DNA of 64,000 nt from Escherichia coli. Lineage in GTDB: Bacteria > Pseudomonadota > Gammaproteobacteria > Enterobacterales > Enterobacteriaceae. Both the position numbers and the translations under genes were made by a program. Positions 19,093 through 28,137 of this stretch are shown one piece after another (the first letter of the stretch is position 1; each line of letters opens with the position of its first letter). The notes under the pieces are model-generated. The model was not told the DNA's origin and did not search any database. It was given only the letters and a program-made list of their open reading frames with translations. Where the stretch lies: the NCBI RefSeq assembly GCF_044324875.1, contig NZ_CP172185.1. One strand, 5' to 3'.

Positions 19093-19350
19093 ATGAGTAA
19101 TGCAGCAAGACTCCAGCTGGGTTTTTCTCCGTTTTCAAAAACTATCGTGCTGGCAAAAATGCGTAATCTTGACGACGGAACCAGTCTTCGTGTCGGTAAT
19201 GATCCCGGTCGCGATGTAACCAATGAGGCGGCTCAGCTTGTCTGGCATCTGGTCATGGCAGAAGGTGGTGAAATTATGTGGGAAATGGACGATGGCTCCC
19301 GCATGGTGCTGAAGGCTGAAAGTCAGGAGGCAACCAGTGAGCAAGATTAA
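19093..19350 (+). CDS. Small hypothetical protein
   Basis: 85-aa ORF, same strand, compact spacing. Confidence 0.45.
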   Translation: MSNAARLQLGFSPFSKTIVLAKMRNLDDGTSLRVGNDPGRDVTNEAAQLVWHLVMAEGGEIMWEMDDGSRMVLKAESQEATSEQD

Positions 19351-19945
19351 CTACCAGGCACTGCGTGAGGCGGCAGAGCAGGCAATGCATGACGACTGGG
19401 GATTTGACACGGATCTTTTCCATGAGCTGGTAACACCATCGATTGTGCAGGCACTGCTGGATGAACGGGAAGCCCAAAGCAAACACGTAGCTGAACTGGA
19501 GGCTAATTTATCGGCGATGACCGAAGACCACCAGAAAGCGACTGAGTCAATTAAGCAGGCTGATTCGGCTGTTAAGTTGGCACACGAGACGTTTTCGGCG
19601 CTGGCGGCGGAGAATGCAAAGCTGAAGAAGTTCTGCAAAGACGCTGCATTCGATGCCGATTACGAAGCAGAGTCAGGTATGGAGCGTGGTGGATTCAGTG
19701 ATGCGCTTAACGAAATCAAAATCACAGCCACCGACGCTTTCCTGGCTGAAGTACGGGCGCAGGGGGTGGATGCTGCTATAGACGCTGCAAAAAATCTGGT
19801 GGCTCAGGAATATGAGTATAAGGATTTCAAAGCGGCGCAGAGTGATTGCTGTATGTTTCCTGGTTCAGACCTGGTAGGGAAGGTTGAAATGACCGAGTGG
19901 TTAGTTGACTTTGCCGCAGAGCTTCGCAAAGGAGGCAACCAGTGA
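19337..19945 (+). CDS. Ead/Ea22-like prophage-type protein
   Basis: N-terminal ...INYQALREAAEQA... and coiled-coil middle, recalled as typical of Ea22-like proteins of lambdoid prophages. Confidence 0.5.
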   Translation: MSKINYQALREAAEQAMHDDWGFDTDLFHELVTPSIVQALLDEREAQSKHVAELEANLSAMTEDHQKATESIKQADSAVKLAHETFSALAAENAKLKKFCKDAAFDADYEAESGMERGGFSDALNEIKITATDAFLAEVRAQGVDAAIDAAKNLVAQEYEYKDFKAAQSDCCMFPGSDLVGKVEMTEWLVDFAAELRKGGNQ

Positions 19946-20256
19946 ACAAGATTGACTATCAGGCACTGCGTGAGGCGGCAGAAGCAATAAAAATAGCAGC
20001 CACACCACAAAAATTGCTGGCATTTCGTATGAAAGTCACACCTCAGGTTGTGCTGGCGCTGCTGGATGAGCTGGAAACCAAAGAAGAACAGCGAGCTAAC
20101 TTGCAGGGACCAGAAGGATTGATTAAAGCAGTGCGCTTCTATGAACAGGTTAAGCGTGAAAATCCGCCAGTCGAAACCGGAGTATGGAAAGACGCTGTTG
20201 ACTGGGTGCTCAAAGAGGCTTGCCAGGCTGTAAACATTGGCATCAAAGGAGAGTGA
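19942..20256 (+). CDS. Ea22-like short paralogue
   Basis: N-terminus MNKIDYQALREAAEA repeats that of the upstream gene; ends ...IGIKGE. Confidence 0.5.
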   Translation: MNKIDYQALREAAEAIKIAATPQKLLAFRMKVTPQVVLALLDELETKEEQRANLQGPEGLIKAVRFYEQVKRENPPVETGVWKDAVDWVLKEACQAVNIGIKGE

Positions 20257-20258
20257 GA

Positions 20259-20750
20259 GTGCAGATTTCACCGGTTACTCTTCGTGTTGCGAAGGCGTTT
20301 ATATCCAGACATCACCGACACAATAAACCCCCGGTGGGGCATAAATTCAGCATTGGTCTGAGAAATGATGCCGGAGAATTGATAGGTGTGGCGACAGCCG
20401 GTCGACCTGTAGCACGACATTTGGATGATGGATTAACGCTTGAAGTAAATCGCACATGTACCACAGGAGAACGCAACGCTAACAGCGCGCTTTATGGTGC
20501 TGTCTGGCGGGCAGCAAAAGCTATGGGTTATCAACGTTGTATTACGTACACCCGGGCAGATGAATCAGGAGCATCTCTTCGCGCAACTGGTTTTGTTCGT
20601 GTGAAAGAGCTTCCTCCAAGAAAAAGCTGGGCGGAATCAAGCGTCGCCCTGCGGAGTAAACGCGATCCAGTCGGAAACGGTGGTGTTCCTCGTGTGCTCT
20701 GGGAAATCAGGAGAATGAGTACCACTGGTATTCGCATCAAAGGAGAGTGA
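20259..20750 (+). CDS. XF1762-like hypothetical protein (possible acetyltransferase-like fold)
   Basis: GTG start 20259 after AAGGAGAG; ...ISRHHRHNKPPVGHKFSIGL...; ends ...GIRIKGE. Confidence 0.45.
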   Translation: MQISPVTLRVAKAFISRHHRHNKPPVGHKFSIGLRNDAGELIGVATAGRPVARHLDDGLTLEVNRTCTTGERNANSALYGAVWRAAKAMGYQRCITYTRADESGASLRATGFVRVKELPPRKSWAESSVALRSKRDPVGNGGVPRVLWEIRRMSTTGIRIKGE

Positions 20751-20751
20751 T

Positions 20752-21267
20752 ATGGCGTTAACACACCACGAACTCTGTCAGATTGCGTACAAGTTCCTTA
20801 AGCGCAACGGGTTCAAGGTTTGCTTTCATGACCGCTTTATAGCTGTAACCAGTACCGGAGAACAGCCAGATGCTATGGGATTCAGAAATTCAGCATCATG
20901 CCTGATAGAGGCGAAGTGTTCTCGTGCTGACTTGTTGGCAGATAGAAAAAAGCGTTTCCGTAAAAATCCCTCACTTGGCATGGGCGACTGGCGATTCTTT
21001 ATTAGTGAGCCGGAAATTATTTCAGTTGAGGATTTACCTCCCGGCTGGGGATTACTTCACGTTGTTAACGGAAGAGTACGGAAAGTACATGGATGGCCCA
21101 GGGGTAATTGCTGTTGGGGTAATCCTGACGATAAGCCATTTACTGGGAATAAGCAGGTTGAATGCGATTACATGTTATCTGCATTAAGGCGCATGGAGCT
21201 AAGAGGACACCTTAATGAAATATATGACGGTGTAATTGTTAATAAGAAAGAAGGAAACGCAGCATGA
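20752..21267 (+). CDS. MmcB-like PD-(D/E)XK nuclease-fold protein
   Basis: ...PDAMGF...CLIEAKCS... D-x(n)-ExK arrangement; recalled similarity to the MmcB family. Confidence 0.5.
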   Translation: MALTHHELCQIAYKFLKRNGFKVCFHDRFIAVTSTGEQPDAMGFRNSASCLIEAKCSRADLLADRKKRFRKNPSLGMGDWRFFISEPEIISVEDLPPGWGLLHVVNGRVRKVHGWPRGNCCWGNPDDKPFTGNKQVECDYMLSALRRMELRGHLNEIYDGVIVNKKEGNAA

Positions 21268-21513
21268 CCACTTTAACCGACAAAGAACTAATTAAAGAAA
21301 TCAGAGAGCGAATACCCCGCCTTGCCAGCGTCGGTAGTGCCTGAAGGACTGGTTAAAGCAGTGCGTTTCTATGAACAGGTAAAGCGTGAGAATCCGCCAG
21401 TCGAAACCGGAGCATGGAAATACGCTGTTGACTGGGTATTACAGGAAGCATGTCAGGCTGTTCATTGGTGCCGACAGATATCAGCCCTTCAGGAACAGGA
21501 GAATCATTCATGA
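21264..21513 (+). pseudogene. Frameshifted remnant of an Ea22-like paralogue
   Basis: 27-codon N-terminal piece (MTTLTDKELIKEIRERIPRL...) followed, in another frame, by ...LVKAVRFYEQVKRENPPVETGAWKYAVDWVLQEACQAV, nearly identical to the C-terminus of the 19942-20256 product. Confidence 0.4.
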
Positions 21514-21725
21514 GAAAAATCAGTGGAATGTTGAATCTGGAGAAGGCCAGGATGCAGTTGCGTGTTTTGTTATCTGGACCTGTTCCTGCAATCACTCCGA
21601 TGGCGCATGCCGTGGCAATAAAAGTTGTGCTTGATGCTCTGGATGCGAGTGAGCGGAGGGTGGCTGAACTGGAACAGGTCTGCACTGCCGCGGGTATTCG
21701 TATCAAAGGGGAACAAGTGAAATGA
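21510..21725 (+). CDS. Small hypothetical protein
   Basis: AGGAG RBS, ATG 21510; ends ...AAGIRIKGE with the same junction motif as neighbours. Confidence 0.4.
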   Translation: MRKISGMLNLEKARMQLRVLLSGPVPAITPMAHAVAIKVVLDALDASERRVAELEQVCTAAGIRIKGEQVK

Positions 21726-21943
21726 AACGGAAAATGCAGACAATTTCGGGTCCTGTGATTATCGACAGTAATGAGGTGACACAGTTTTACCCGGACCATG
21801 AAAGTGGAGGGGAACTCACCGCTGTTGAGTACCTTGCTGACGGGGGAAGAATCACCGCGAGGGTGAGGCACTCTTTTTATCAGGTTGCTGCGGCACTTGC
21901 CGGGGCATGGCGTGCGGATGATGCATCAAAAAGCGGTGGGTGA
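21722..21943 (+). CDS. Small hypothetical protein
   Basis: 73-aa ORF coupled to upstream stop. Confidence 0.4.
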   Translation: MKRKMQTISGPVIIDSNEVTQFYPDHESGGELTAVEYLADGGRITARVRHSFYQVAAALAGAWRADDASKSGG

Positions 21944-22203
21944 GGACTGTGCCGGAATGATTGTCTGTTCCGAAGCTGCTGAGCCGCGACATAAATTTTT
22001 TATGTTGCGGTGAAGCAGCCGACAAACGAAGAGCGTCAGCGTATCAACAGTTAAGGAAAATATCTTCTGAAGCCGGACGCGACAGTCAGTCCGGTGGTGC
22101 TCGTGTGGTGAAGTGTTTAGCCTGCATCTTTGACAGGGTTCAGTTATAAGCATTTCGGAAACCGTTCCCCGGGGCAGTCTGCCGGGATTTAAGGAGTTTA
22201 TTT

Positions 22204-23469
22204 ATGGCGCTACCTGCAGAAAGCCTTATTGCGCATACGCTCAGAAAAATGAAGGCCAGCATGGCAGAGAAAGCCAGTCGTGAGGACGGGAGGATACGCA
22301 GTGGGCTGTTGTTTACCGGCAATGTTCACGATTCGTATCCCCGCAGGCTGTTGCTGGATACGCGCCTTTCTCCCCTTGATAAAACTGCGTGGATGATGAT
22401 TCGTCTGCATGCCCTGAATAATGAGGGCGCAGTATTTCCGACGTACGATGAACTGCAGTTACAACTGGCATCTCCCGGGCGCGGGAAGGCGTCCCGTGAA
22501 ACAGTGAGCCGGGTGCTGACAATGCTGCGGCTTACGGGCTGGCTGAGTCTGTGTAAGCGGGTCAGGGATGAAAAAGGGCGGGTCCGGGGGAATATTTACG
22601 CCCTGCATGATGAGCCACTGACCTGCTGTGATGCAGAAAAGTTTGACCCACGATACCTGGATATGGTTCTGGATACTGTGAGCAGGAGCCGGAACAAGAC
22701 AATCCGGCACACAGCCAGTGAAGTGCTCAGTGATATCAAAAATGAGCCCGGTATGCGGCATTACCACAGCCATATCACTCTGTTTGAATCGCGTATGGGG
22801 GCAGCACAGACACCTGGTCAGCTGGCGGCGCGTCAGCGGGTGAACCCGATGGTGAATGAAAACACAGGCAGAGAGAGTGGTTCGGATTCCGTACATACCC
22901 CTGCACCTGTCGTGCAGGTAAACGAACTCAGTGATCCATTAATCGAACTCAGTGAAAAACAGGAAATGAGCCCACTCAGTTCGGATTCCGTACTGCCTGA
23001 AAAATCAGCAACTTATTACTCGGTTCGGAAACCGAACAATTACGTACGTAATATCACACACAGTGTGATTAAAAATACGTACGTATTGCCTGAGTCGGTG
23101 AAATCGCAAATCAGCGCAGAAGACACGGACATGCTGACAAAACAACTGCAGGCGTTGCCGGAAGAACTGGCAGGTAGTGTGCTGAGCAGCCTGTTACAGA
23201 TGCTCAGCAAAAACACGCTCCAGAATCCGGTTGGCTGGATGCTGGCTGTGATGAAACTTGCGCGTGAGGGACGTTTTAATACGCCGGATATGTCCGTGCA
23301 TGAATCCCGGTCGCCAGCCCGTGCACCATATCAGCCTGTGTACAACCGTGATGAACGTGAACGTCGTCGCGGGAAAGTGGCGTCACCTGAAACGGTGAGC
23401 AACATTGTCGCAGAATTCCGGGCCAGCCTGAAACGTGCAAATGCTGCCCGTCTGGCGGCGCGTGTGTGA
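22204..23469 (+). CDS. STY4528-type pathogenicity-island replication protein (putative replication initiator)
   Basis: 421 aa, immediately upstream of the iteron array; family assignment recalled from SPI-7-type islands. Confidence 0.65.
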   Translation: MALPAESLIAHTLRKMKASMAEKASREDGRIRSGLLFTGNVHDSYPRRLLLDTRLSPLDKTAWMMIRLHALNNEGAVFPTYDELQLQLASPGRGKASRETVSRVLTMLRLTGWLSLCKRVRDEKGRVRGNIYALHDEPLTCCDAEKFDPRYLDMVLDTVSRSRNKTIRHTASEVLSDIKNEPGMRHYHSHITLFESRMGAAQTPGQLAARQRVNPMVNENTGRESGSDSVHTPAPVVQVNELSDPLIELSEKQEMSPLSSDSVLPEKSATYYSVRKPNNYVRNITHSVIKNTYVLPESVKSQISAEDTDMLTKQLQALPEELAGSVLSSLLQMLSKNTLQNPVGWMLAVMKLAREGRFNTPDMSVHESRSPARAPYQPVYNRDERERRRGKVASPETVSNIVAEFRASLKRANAARLAARV

Positions 23470-23483
23470 TGGTTAAAAGTCAA

Positions 23484-23808
23484 TCTATGGCGCTACTGGC
23501 ACCATAGTACAAAAAATAAGCGATGGTGCCACTGGCACCATAGTACAAAAAATGAGCGATGGTGCCACTGGCACCACGGTATAAAAAATGAGCGATGGTG
23601 CCACTGGCACCACGGTATAAAAAATGAGCGATGGTGACGCTGGCACCATAGTACAAAAAATAAGCGATGGTGCCACTGGCACCACGGTACAAAAAATAAG
23701 CGATGGTGCCACTGGCACCATAGTACAAAAAATGAGCGATGGTGCCACTGGCACCATAGTACAAAAAATGAGCGATGGTGCCACTGGCACCATAGTATAA
23801 AAACGAAC
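23484..23808. repeat. Iteron array: 9 tandem copies of a 36-bp unit (GCGATGGTGCCACTGGCACCATAGTACAAAAAATGA)
   Basis: Unit starts at 23520, 23556, 23592, 23628, 23664, 23700, 23736, 23772 (exact 36-bp period) plus a partial first copy; only minor variants (cacGgtaTaa, gtgaCGctgg). Confidence 0.9.
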
Positions 23809-23935
23809 GCAATTCATACGCTCAATCCCGTTAATTTTAAAAGGTTCAAATCTGTTTTCCTGTTGTTGTTAATCCGGTTCTTTCTGACGATCTCACACTC
23901 AACTGGTGTTATTTCTGGTACTGAGTGGAGGTCAT

Positions 23936-24616
23936 ATGACTGATGAGAAAAAGACTGAACCTGGCGTGTTAAAAAGCTCCCTGACAATTAATATTCACAC
24001 TTATTACGCTATTCGGTTGTGGAACGGTCGCAAGCCTGAGACTGGTGCTGATAAGTCGGAACGTCGGCGCAGGATCATTGGCATGCCCGGGGTTATTTCC
24101 CGTGCGGGTATCGCAACAAAAGATTCTGAGAACAATAATCCGTGGGCGGATGAATTTTTGTTCAGCCTTGAGGAAAAGCTGAATCACTCAAAGCAAAAGA
24201 TTAATGACCTGGTTGAGCAGTTAAATGATGTTTTACGGGATGTGCCAGGGGATATTTGTATTTCTGAAATATCATCAACCAGTCCAGTAAATATTGGTGT
24301 GCACAGTCGTTCACCTCTTGGTTACAAATGTGTATGGCTGCTTGTCGGGTACGATGAACTGGTGCTTAAAGCCTTTCAGGCTTTCCACTATGGACTGATT
24401 GCCCGATCACGTCGTGATGAAATACTTAATGCCGGAGGGCATGCTGTACGTCAGATTTGTGCTCTTGCCCAGGGATATAAAACTGTACCTGCAACGAGGG
24501 GTGATATTTCTTCTGGCTCACAAAAAGGAAAAGATGCGATCAGCCGCTATGGCATGCCTGATCCTGACATCCTTACCGGGAAGAAACGGTCCTCCTTTTC
24601 TGCACCGCTGAAATAA
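23936..24616 (+). CDS. Hypothetical ICE protein
   Basis: GGAGG RBS, ATG 23936; position upstream of topB conserved in this ICE family (recalled). Confidence 0.55.
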   Translation: MTDEKKTEPGVLKSSLTINIHTYYAIRLWNGRKPETGADKSERRRRIIGMPGVISRAGIATKDSENNNPWADEFLFSLEEKLNHSKQKINDLVEQLNDVLRDVPGDICISEISSTSPVNIGVHSRSPLGYKCVWLLVGYDELVLKAFQAFHYGLIARSRRDEILNAGGHAVRQICALAQGYKTVPATRGDISSGSQKGKDAISRYGMPDPDILTGKKRSSFSAPLK

Positions 24617-24628
24617 TCTGGTAACTCT

Positions 24629-26647
24629 ATGCGTCTCTATTTATGTGAAAAACCTTCACAGGCCGCTGATATAGCCAGAGTACTTGGGGCTGCCAGACGT
24701 GGTGATGGTGCGATTGAAGGTAAGGACTTTGTTGTGACCTGGGCCTTTGGTCACTTGCTGGAGCAGGCGCCACCGGAGGCGTATGGTGAACAGTTTGGCA
24801 GCCCCTGGAAAATTGACGTTTTGCCGGTCTTTCCTAAACAGTGGAAGATGGTGGTGAAGGATAATGTCGGGAAGCAGTTTAATGTGATCAGCCGCCTTCT
24901 CCGTAAGACTGATGAAGTGGTGATTGCCACTGACGCCGATCGTGAAGGCGAAATTATCGCAAGGGAACTGCTGGATTATTGTGGTTATACCGGCGTTGTG
25001 CGCCGTCTCTGGCTGTCCGCACTGGATGAGAGCAGTATCAGGGAGGCGCTGGACAGAATACTGCCCGGAGAGGAGACCGAGAAGTTATATGAAGCCGGTA
25101 AGGGACGCAGCCGGGCTGACTGGCTGACGGGGATCAACCTGACGCGTCTGTATACCCTGAAAGCCAGGGGGTGTGGTGTGTCCGGCGTCCTCTCTGTTGG
25201 CAGGGTGCAGACGCCCACGCTTGCGATGGTGGTCAGACGGGACGCGGAAATAAAAAATTTTATTCCGGTACCTTACTGGCAACTGTATCTCTGGCTGGAG
25301 AAGGATAATGTGCGTTTTCGTACCACCTGGATTGCGGCAGCGCAGTACTGCGATACTGAAAAACGGTGTGTGAATGTGCAGGCGGCAACAGCCGTCCTGT
25401 CACAGTGTCGTCAGGCAGGTGTTGCTGTTGTCAGGGATGTCAGCAGCAGACGGGAGAAAAAGCAGCCTCCGCTGTGTTTTTCGCTCGGAACGTTGCAGGA
25501 GGTCTGTTCGCGCAAATTTGGCCTCGGAGCGCAGGCTGTTCTTGATATAGCCCAGTCGCTGTACGAAAAGCATAAGGCGACAACATATCCGCGTACAGAT
25601 TGCGGTTATCTGCCGGTATCAATGCACAAAGAAGTGCCTGACGTACTGGCGGCGCTGGAAAAAACCGATCCGGATATTGCCACGGAGCTGGCAAAACTCA
25701 GTCCTGATATTGTGTCGGGGATCTGGAACGACAGGAAGATCACCGCGCATCATGCGATAATCCCCACCCGTCAGCCGTTTAATATTGTGGCGCTGAGTGA
25801 TAATGAGCTTAAGGTGTACCGGTTAATTCGTCAGCATTATCTGGCTCAGTTTTTACCCATGCAGGAGTCGGATGTCACAGAGGCCACATTTCTTGTTGCG
25901 GGGCAGTTGTTCGGAACGCGGGGACGGGTGGAGGTTGTCAGGGGATGGCGTGCGCTTTTTGTGTCAGATTCGGCGGGAGAGGAAGAGGATGTTGCAGACG
26001 ATGAGCAGGCGATGCCCCTTCCCGTACTGGCAAAAGGTGATGAATGTCGTCCTGCTGAAGCTGAACTCAAAGAGATGCAGACCACGCCACCACGTCATTA
26101 TACGGAAGGCACGCTGATTGCGGCGATGAAAAATGCTGCGGGTATGGTGAGTGATCCGGCACTGAAAAAAGTGTTACGCGAAAATGCGGGGCTGGGTACT
26201 GAAGCGACCCGCGCAGAAATACTGGAAACGTTGTTCACCCGCAAATATATCGAGAAGCAGGGTAAGCATATCCGTGCCACGCAACTGGGGGCGGAGCTGA
26301 TAGCGGGATTGCCGGAGGCGCTGACCAGTCCGGGAACAACGGCGCTGTGGGAACAGGCTCTGGATGATATTGCACAGGGTAAACTGTCACTGTCGTCATT
26401 TATGGAGAAGCAGAAACAGTGGCTTAACCACCTGGTGGCCGGTGCAAGGCAGCAGCCACTGCAGATCACGGCACCGGTTACGCCTGCATGCCCTCTTTGC
26501 AGGGGAAGAATGCGGAAGGTGAAGATGAAAAGCGGGAAAGGGGAATTCTGGAGTTGTCAGCGTTATCCGGAGTGTAAGGGAGTGATTTCAGAGCAGAAAC
26601 CGACATCCGGGAAACGGGGCGGCAGAAAAATTAAAAAGCGTGGATGA
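24629..26647 (+). CDS. topB: DNA topoisomerase III
   Basis: Toprim N-terminus MRLYLCEKPSQAADIARVLG...; type IA topoisomerase length; C-terminal zinc-ribbon cysteines (CPLC...CQRYPEC). Confidence 0.9.
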   Translation: MRLYLCEKPSQAADIARVLGAARRGDGAIEGKDFVVTWAFGHLLEQAPPEAYGEQFGSPWKIDVLPVFPKQWKMVVKDNVGKQFNVISRLLRKTDEVVIATDADREGEIIARELLDYCGYTGVVRRLWLSALDESSIREALDRILPGEETEKLYEAGKGRSRADWLTGINLTRLYTLKARGCGVSGVLSVGRVQTPTLAMVVRRDAEIKNFIPVPYWQLYLWLEKDNVRFRTTWIAAAQYCDTEKRCVNVQAATAVLSQCRQAGVAVVRDVSSRREKKQPPLCFSLGTLQEVCSRKFGLGAQAVLDIAQSLYEKHKATTYPRTDCGYLPVSMHKEVPDVLAALEKTDPDIATELAKLSPDIVSGIWNDRKITAHHAIIPTRQPFNIVALSDNELKVYRLIRQHYLAQFLPMQESDVTEATFLVAGQLFGTRGRVEVVRGWRALFVSDSAGEEEDVADDEQAMPLPVLAKGDECRPAEAELKEMQTTPPRHYTEGTLIAAMKNAAGMVSDPALKKVLRENAGLGTEATRAEILETLFTRKYIEKQGKHIRATQLGAELIAGLPEALTSPGTTALWEQALDDIAQGKLSLSSFMEKQKQWLNHLVAGARQQPLQITAPVTPACPLCRGRMRKVKMKSGKGEFWSCQRYPECKGVISEQKPTSGKRGGRKIKKRG

Positions 26648-26924
26648 TGATTACATGCTTTTTTTTATTTGTTAAAGTGCATACGCTTTGATGCGTACCC
26701 TGCTGACCACAGTAAAGAGCGGGCAGCTCTTCGGTCCGGTGATCGGCTCTACACACCAGCTGGATCACAAGGCGCATAAACTCCGTGAAAACCGCGCCGG
26801 GAGAAATCCCCGGAGACTGATGAGATAAACTACAGGGCTGGTAACCCCGGGCACCGTTTTTACGGTGCCCTTTTTATTTTGGTATTGACTTTCTTTGTGT
26901 GAGCTTTAAATATGGCAGGGCTAA

Positions 26925-27238
26925 CTTGTCGCTCCGGCGACCACCAATGTTCCATAGTGGCCTGTGAGGAACGCCTTCGGGTGGCCCATGTCGCTTCAGC
27001 GACCACCAATGTTCCATGTGGCCTGTGAGGAACGCCTTCGGGTGGCCCACGTCGCTCCGGCGACCACCAATGCTTCATCTGACCTGTGAGGAGCGCCTTC
27101 GGGTGGTCAGTTTTACACCTCCTGAGCCTGAAAGGAGCTGTGCGTACTGAAGGGATATATTCCCGGAAGTACGGGCAAATCTGCACACCTTTGAGAGCAG
27201 ATGTCACTGCGGTTTTCCGTGATGATGAAGGCTTTTTT
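26925..27238 (+). repeat. Structured repeat element, copy 1 (3 tandem ~60-bp subunits plus ~130-bp conserved tail ending in a T-run)
   Basis: Subunits GTCGCTCCGGCGACCACCAATGTTCCAT(a)GTGGCCTGTGAGGAACGCCTTCGGGTGGCCCA(t/c); tail ...TTTTACACCTCCTGAGCCTGAAAGGAGCTG...GATGATGAAGGCTTTTTTT; near-identical copies at 60942 and 63735. Confidence 0.85.
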
Positions 27239-27357
27239 TACTGCACAGACAGCCGGAAATTCAGCTGATTCCGGCATCCCCGACGGGAACTATCACTCCC
27301 GTCAGGGCTGGTGATGTTCTCCGTCATATCTTTTTTTCACTCCATGGAGAAATCATC

Positions 27358-27822
27358 ATGTCTGCAACTAACTCTACTTCTGCAAAAACTGAATACTTCA
27401 ACCTGACCATGAAAGGTCTTGGGTATCTCAGCAATGTACGTCAGGTTAACCATCAGAACGGTTCGTTCCTCAGCTGTGTGATTAACGCACTGAGTGGACC
27501 AACGGACAATCCGTCCTATACGCGTTTTGATGTTACGGTTGCCGGTAAAGAGGCGACCACCCTGATCTCCCGCTGCCAGAAAGCAGTGGATGAGGACCGC
27601 AAGGTACTGCTTGGTTTTACGTTAAGCAACCTTGCCACCGACATTTTCACCCTGAACAAGGGGGAGCATGCCGGTGAGCAACGCGTCAGCCTGAAAGCCC
27701 GCCTGATCAAGGTGGACTGGATAAAAATAGGCCAGGAGCAGGTCTATAAGGCTGAAAAAGCGGAGTCCCAGCCACCGAGCCATGGCACCACAAAACGTGA
27801 ATACGCAGAAGACTCCTTCTGA
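27358..27822 (+). CDS. STY4534/DUF3577-like ICE protein
   Basis: 154-aa ORF between topB and ssb; family assignment recalled. Confidence 0.6.
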   Translation: MSATNSTSAKTEYFNLTMKGLGYLSNVRQVNHQNGSFLSCVINALSGPTDNPSYTRFDVTVAGKEATTLISRCQKAVDEDRKVLLGFTLSNLATDIFTLNKGEHAGEQRVSLKARLIKVDWIKIGQEQVYKAEKAESQPPSHGTTKREYAEDSF

Positions 27823-27921
27823 TCGCGTATTTTTCTCACTGCCTCCCTGATAAAGAAAACAGACCACCATCAGGGAGGTCTGTTTTCTTATTGTGTTTAC
27901 TGAACTTTAAGGAAACAAATT

Positions 27922-28125
27922 ATGACTTCTACAAACGGTATTCTCGCAGCTGCGGCAGGTTATACATTACCTCTGGAAATACTCAAAAGTGGGCGCGGAT
28001 ATTATATTGGCACTCAGTGTTGTGAGGGGCCGGTATCCCGTGAATCAGAAGAGTATTTCAAAAAATATGAGCAGGCTGAGCGGGCGCTGAAAAATGGCAC
28101 CTGGACACAACGTCATGCCTGGTAA
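27922..28125 (+). CDS. Small hypothetical protein
   Basis: 67-aa ORF with RBS-like AAGGAAA upstream. Confidence 0.4.
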   Translation: MTSTNGILAAAAGYTLPLEILKSGRGYYIGTQCCEGPVSRESEEYFKKYEQAERALKNGTWTQRHAW

Positions 28126-28137
28126 TGAGGAGGTGCT

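Noticed and set aside
23484-23808. Possible CRISPR array (regular ~36-bp repeats)
   Set aside because: The units are contiguous and near-identical with no intervening unique spacers, and no cas genes are nearby. The arrangement is an iteron array next to a replication protein.
23480-23817. Two 110-aa minus-strand ORFs in the track (MRSFLYYGASGTIAHF... and MNCVRFYTMVPVAPSLIF...)
   Set aside because: Both are periodic translations of the 36-bp iterons, not genes.
26860-27207. Minus-strand ORFs across the structured repeat copies (26860-27207, 60893-61166, 60924-61166, 63734-63994)
   Set aside because: The protein sequences repeat with the 60-bp DNA period (…WWSPERRGPPEGVPHRPHGTLVVAEAT…) and recur at all three copies; they are artefacts of translating a structured repeat.
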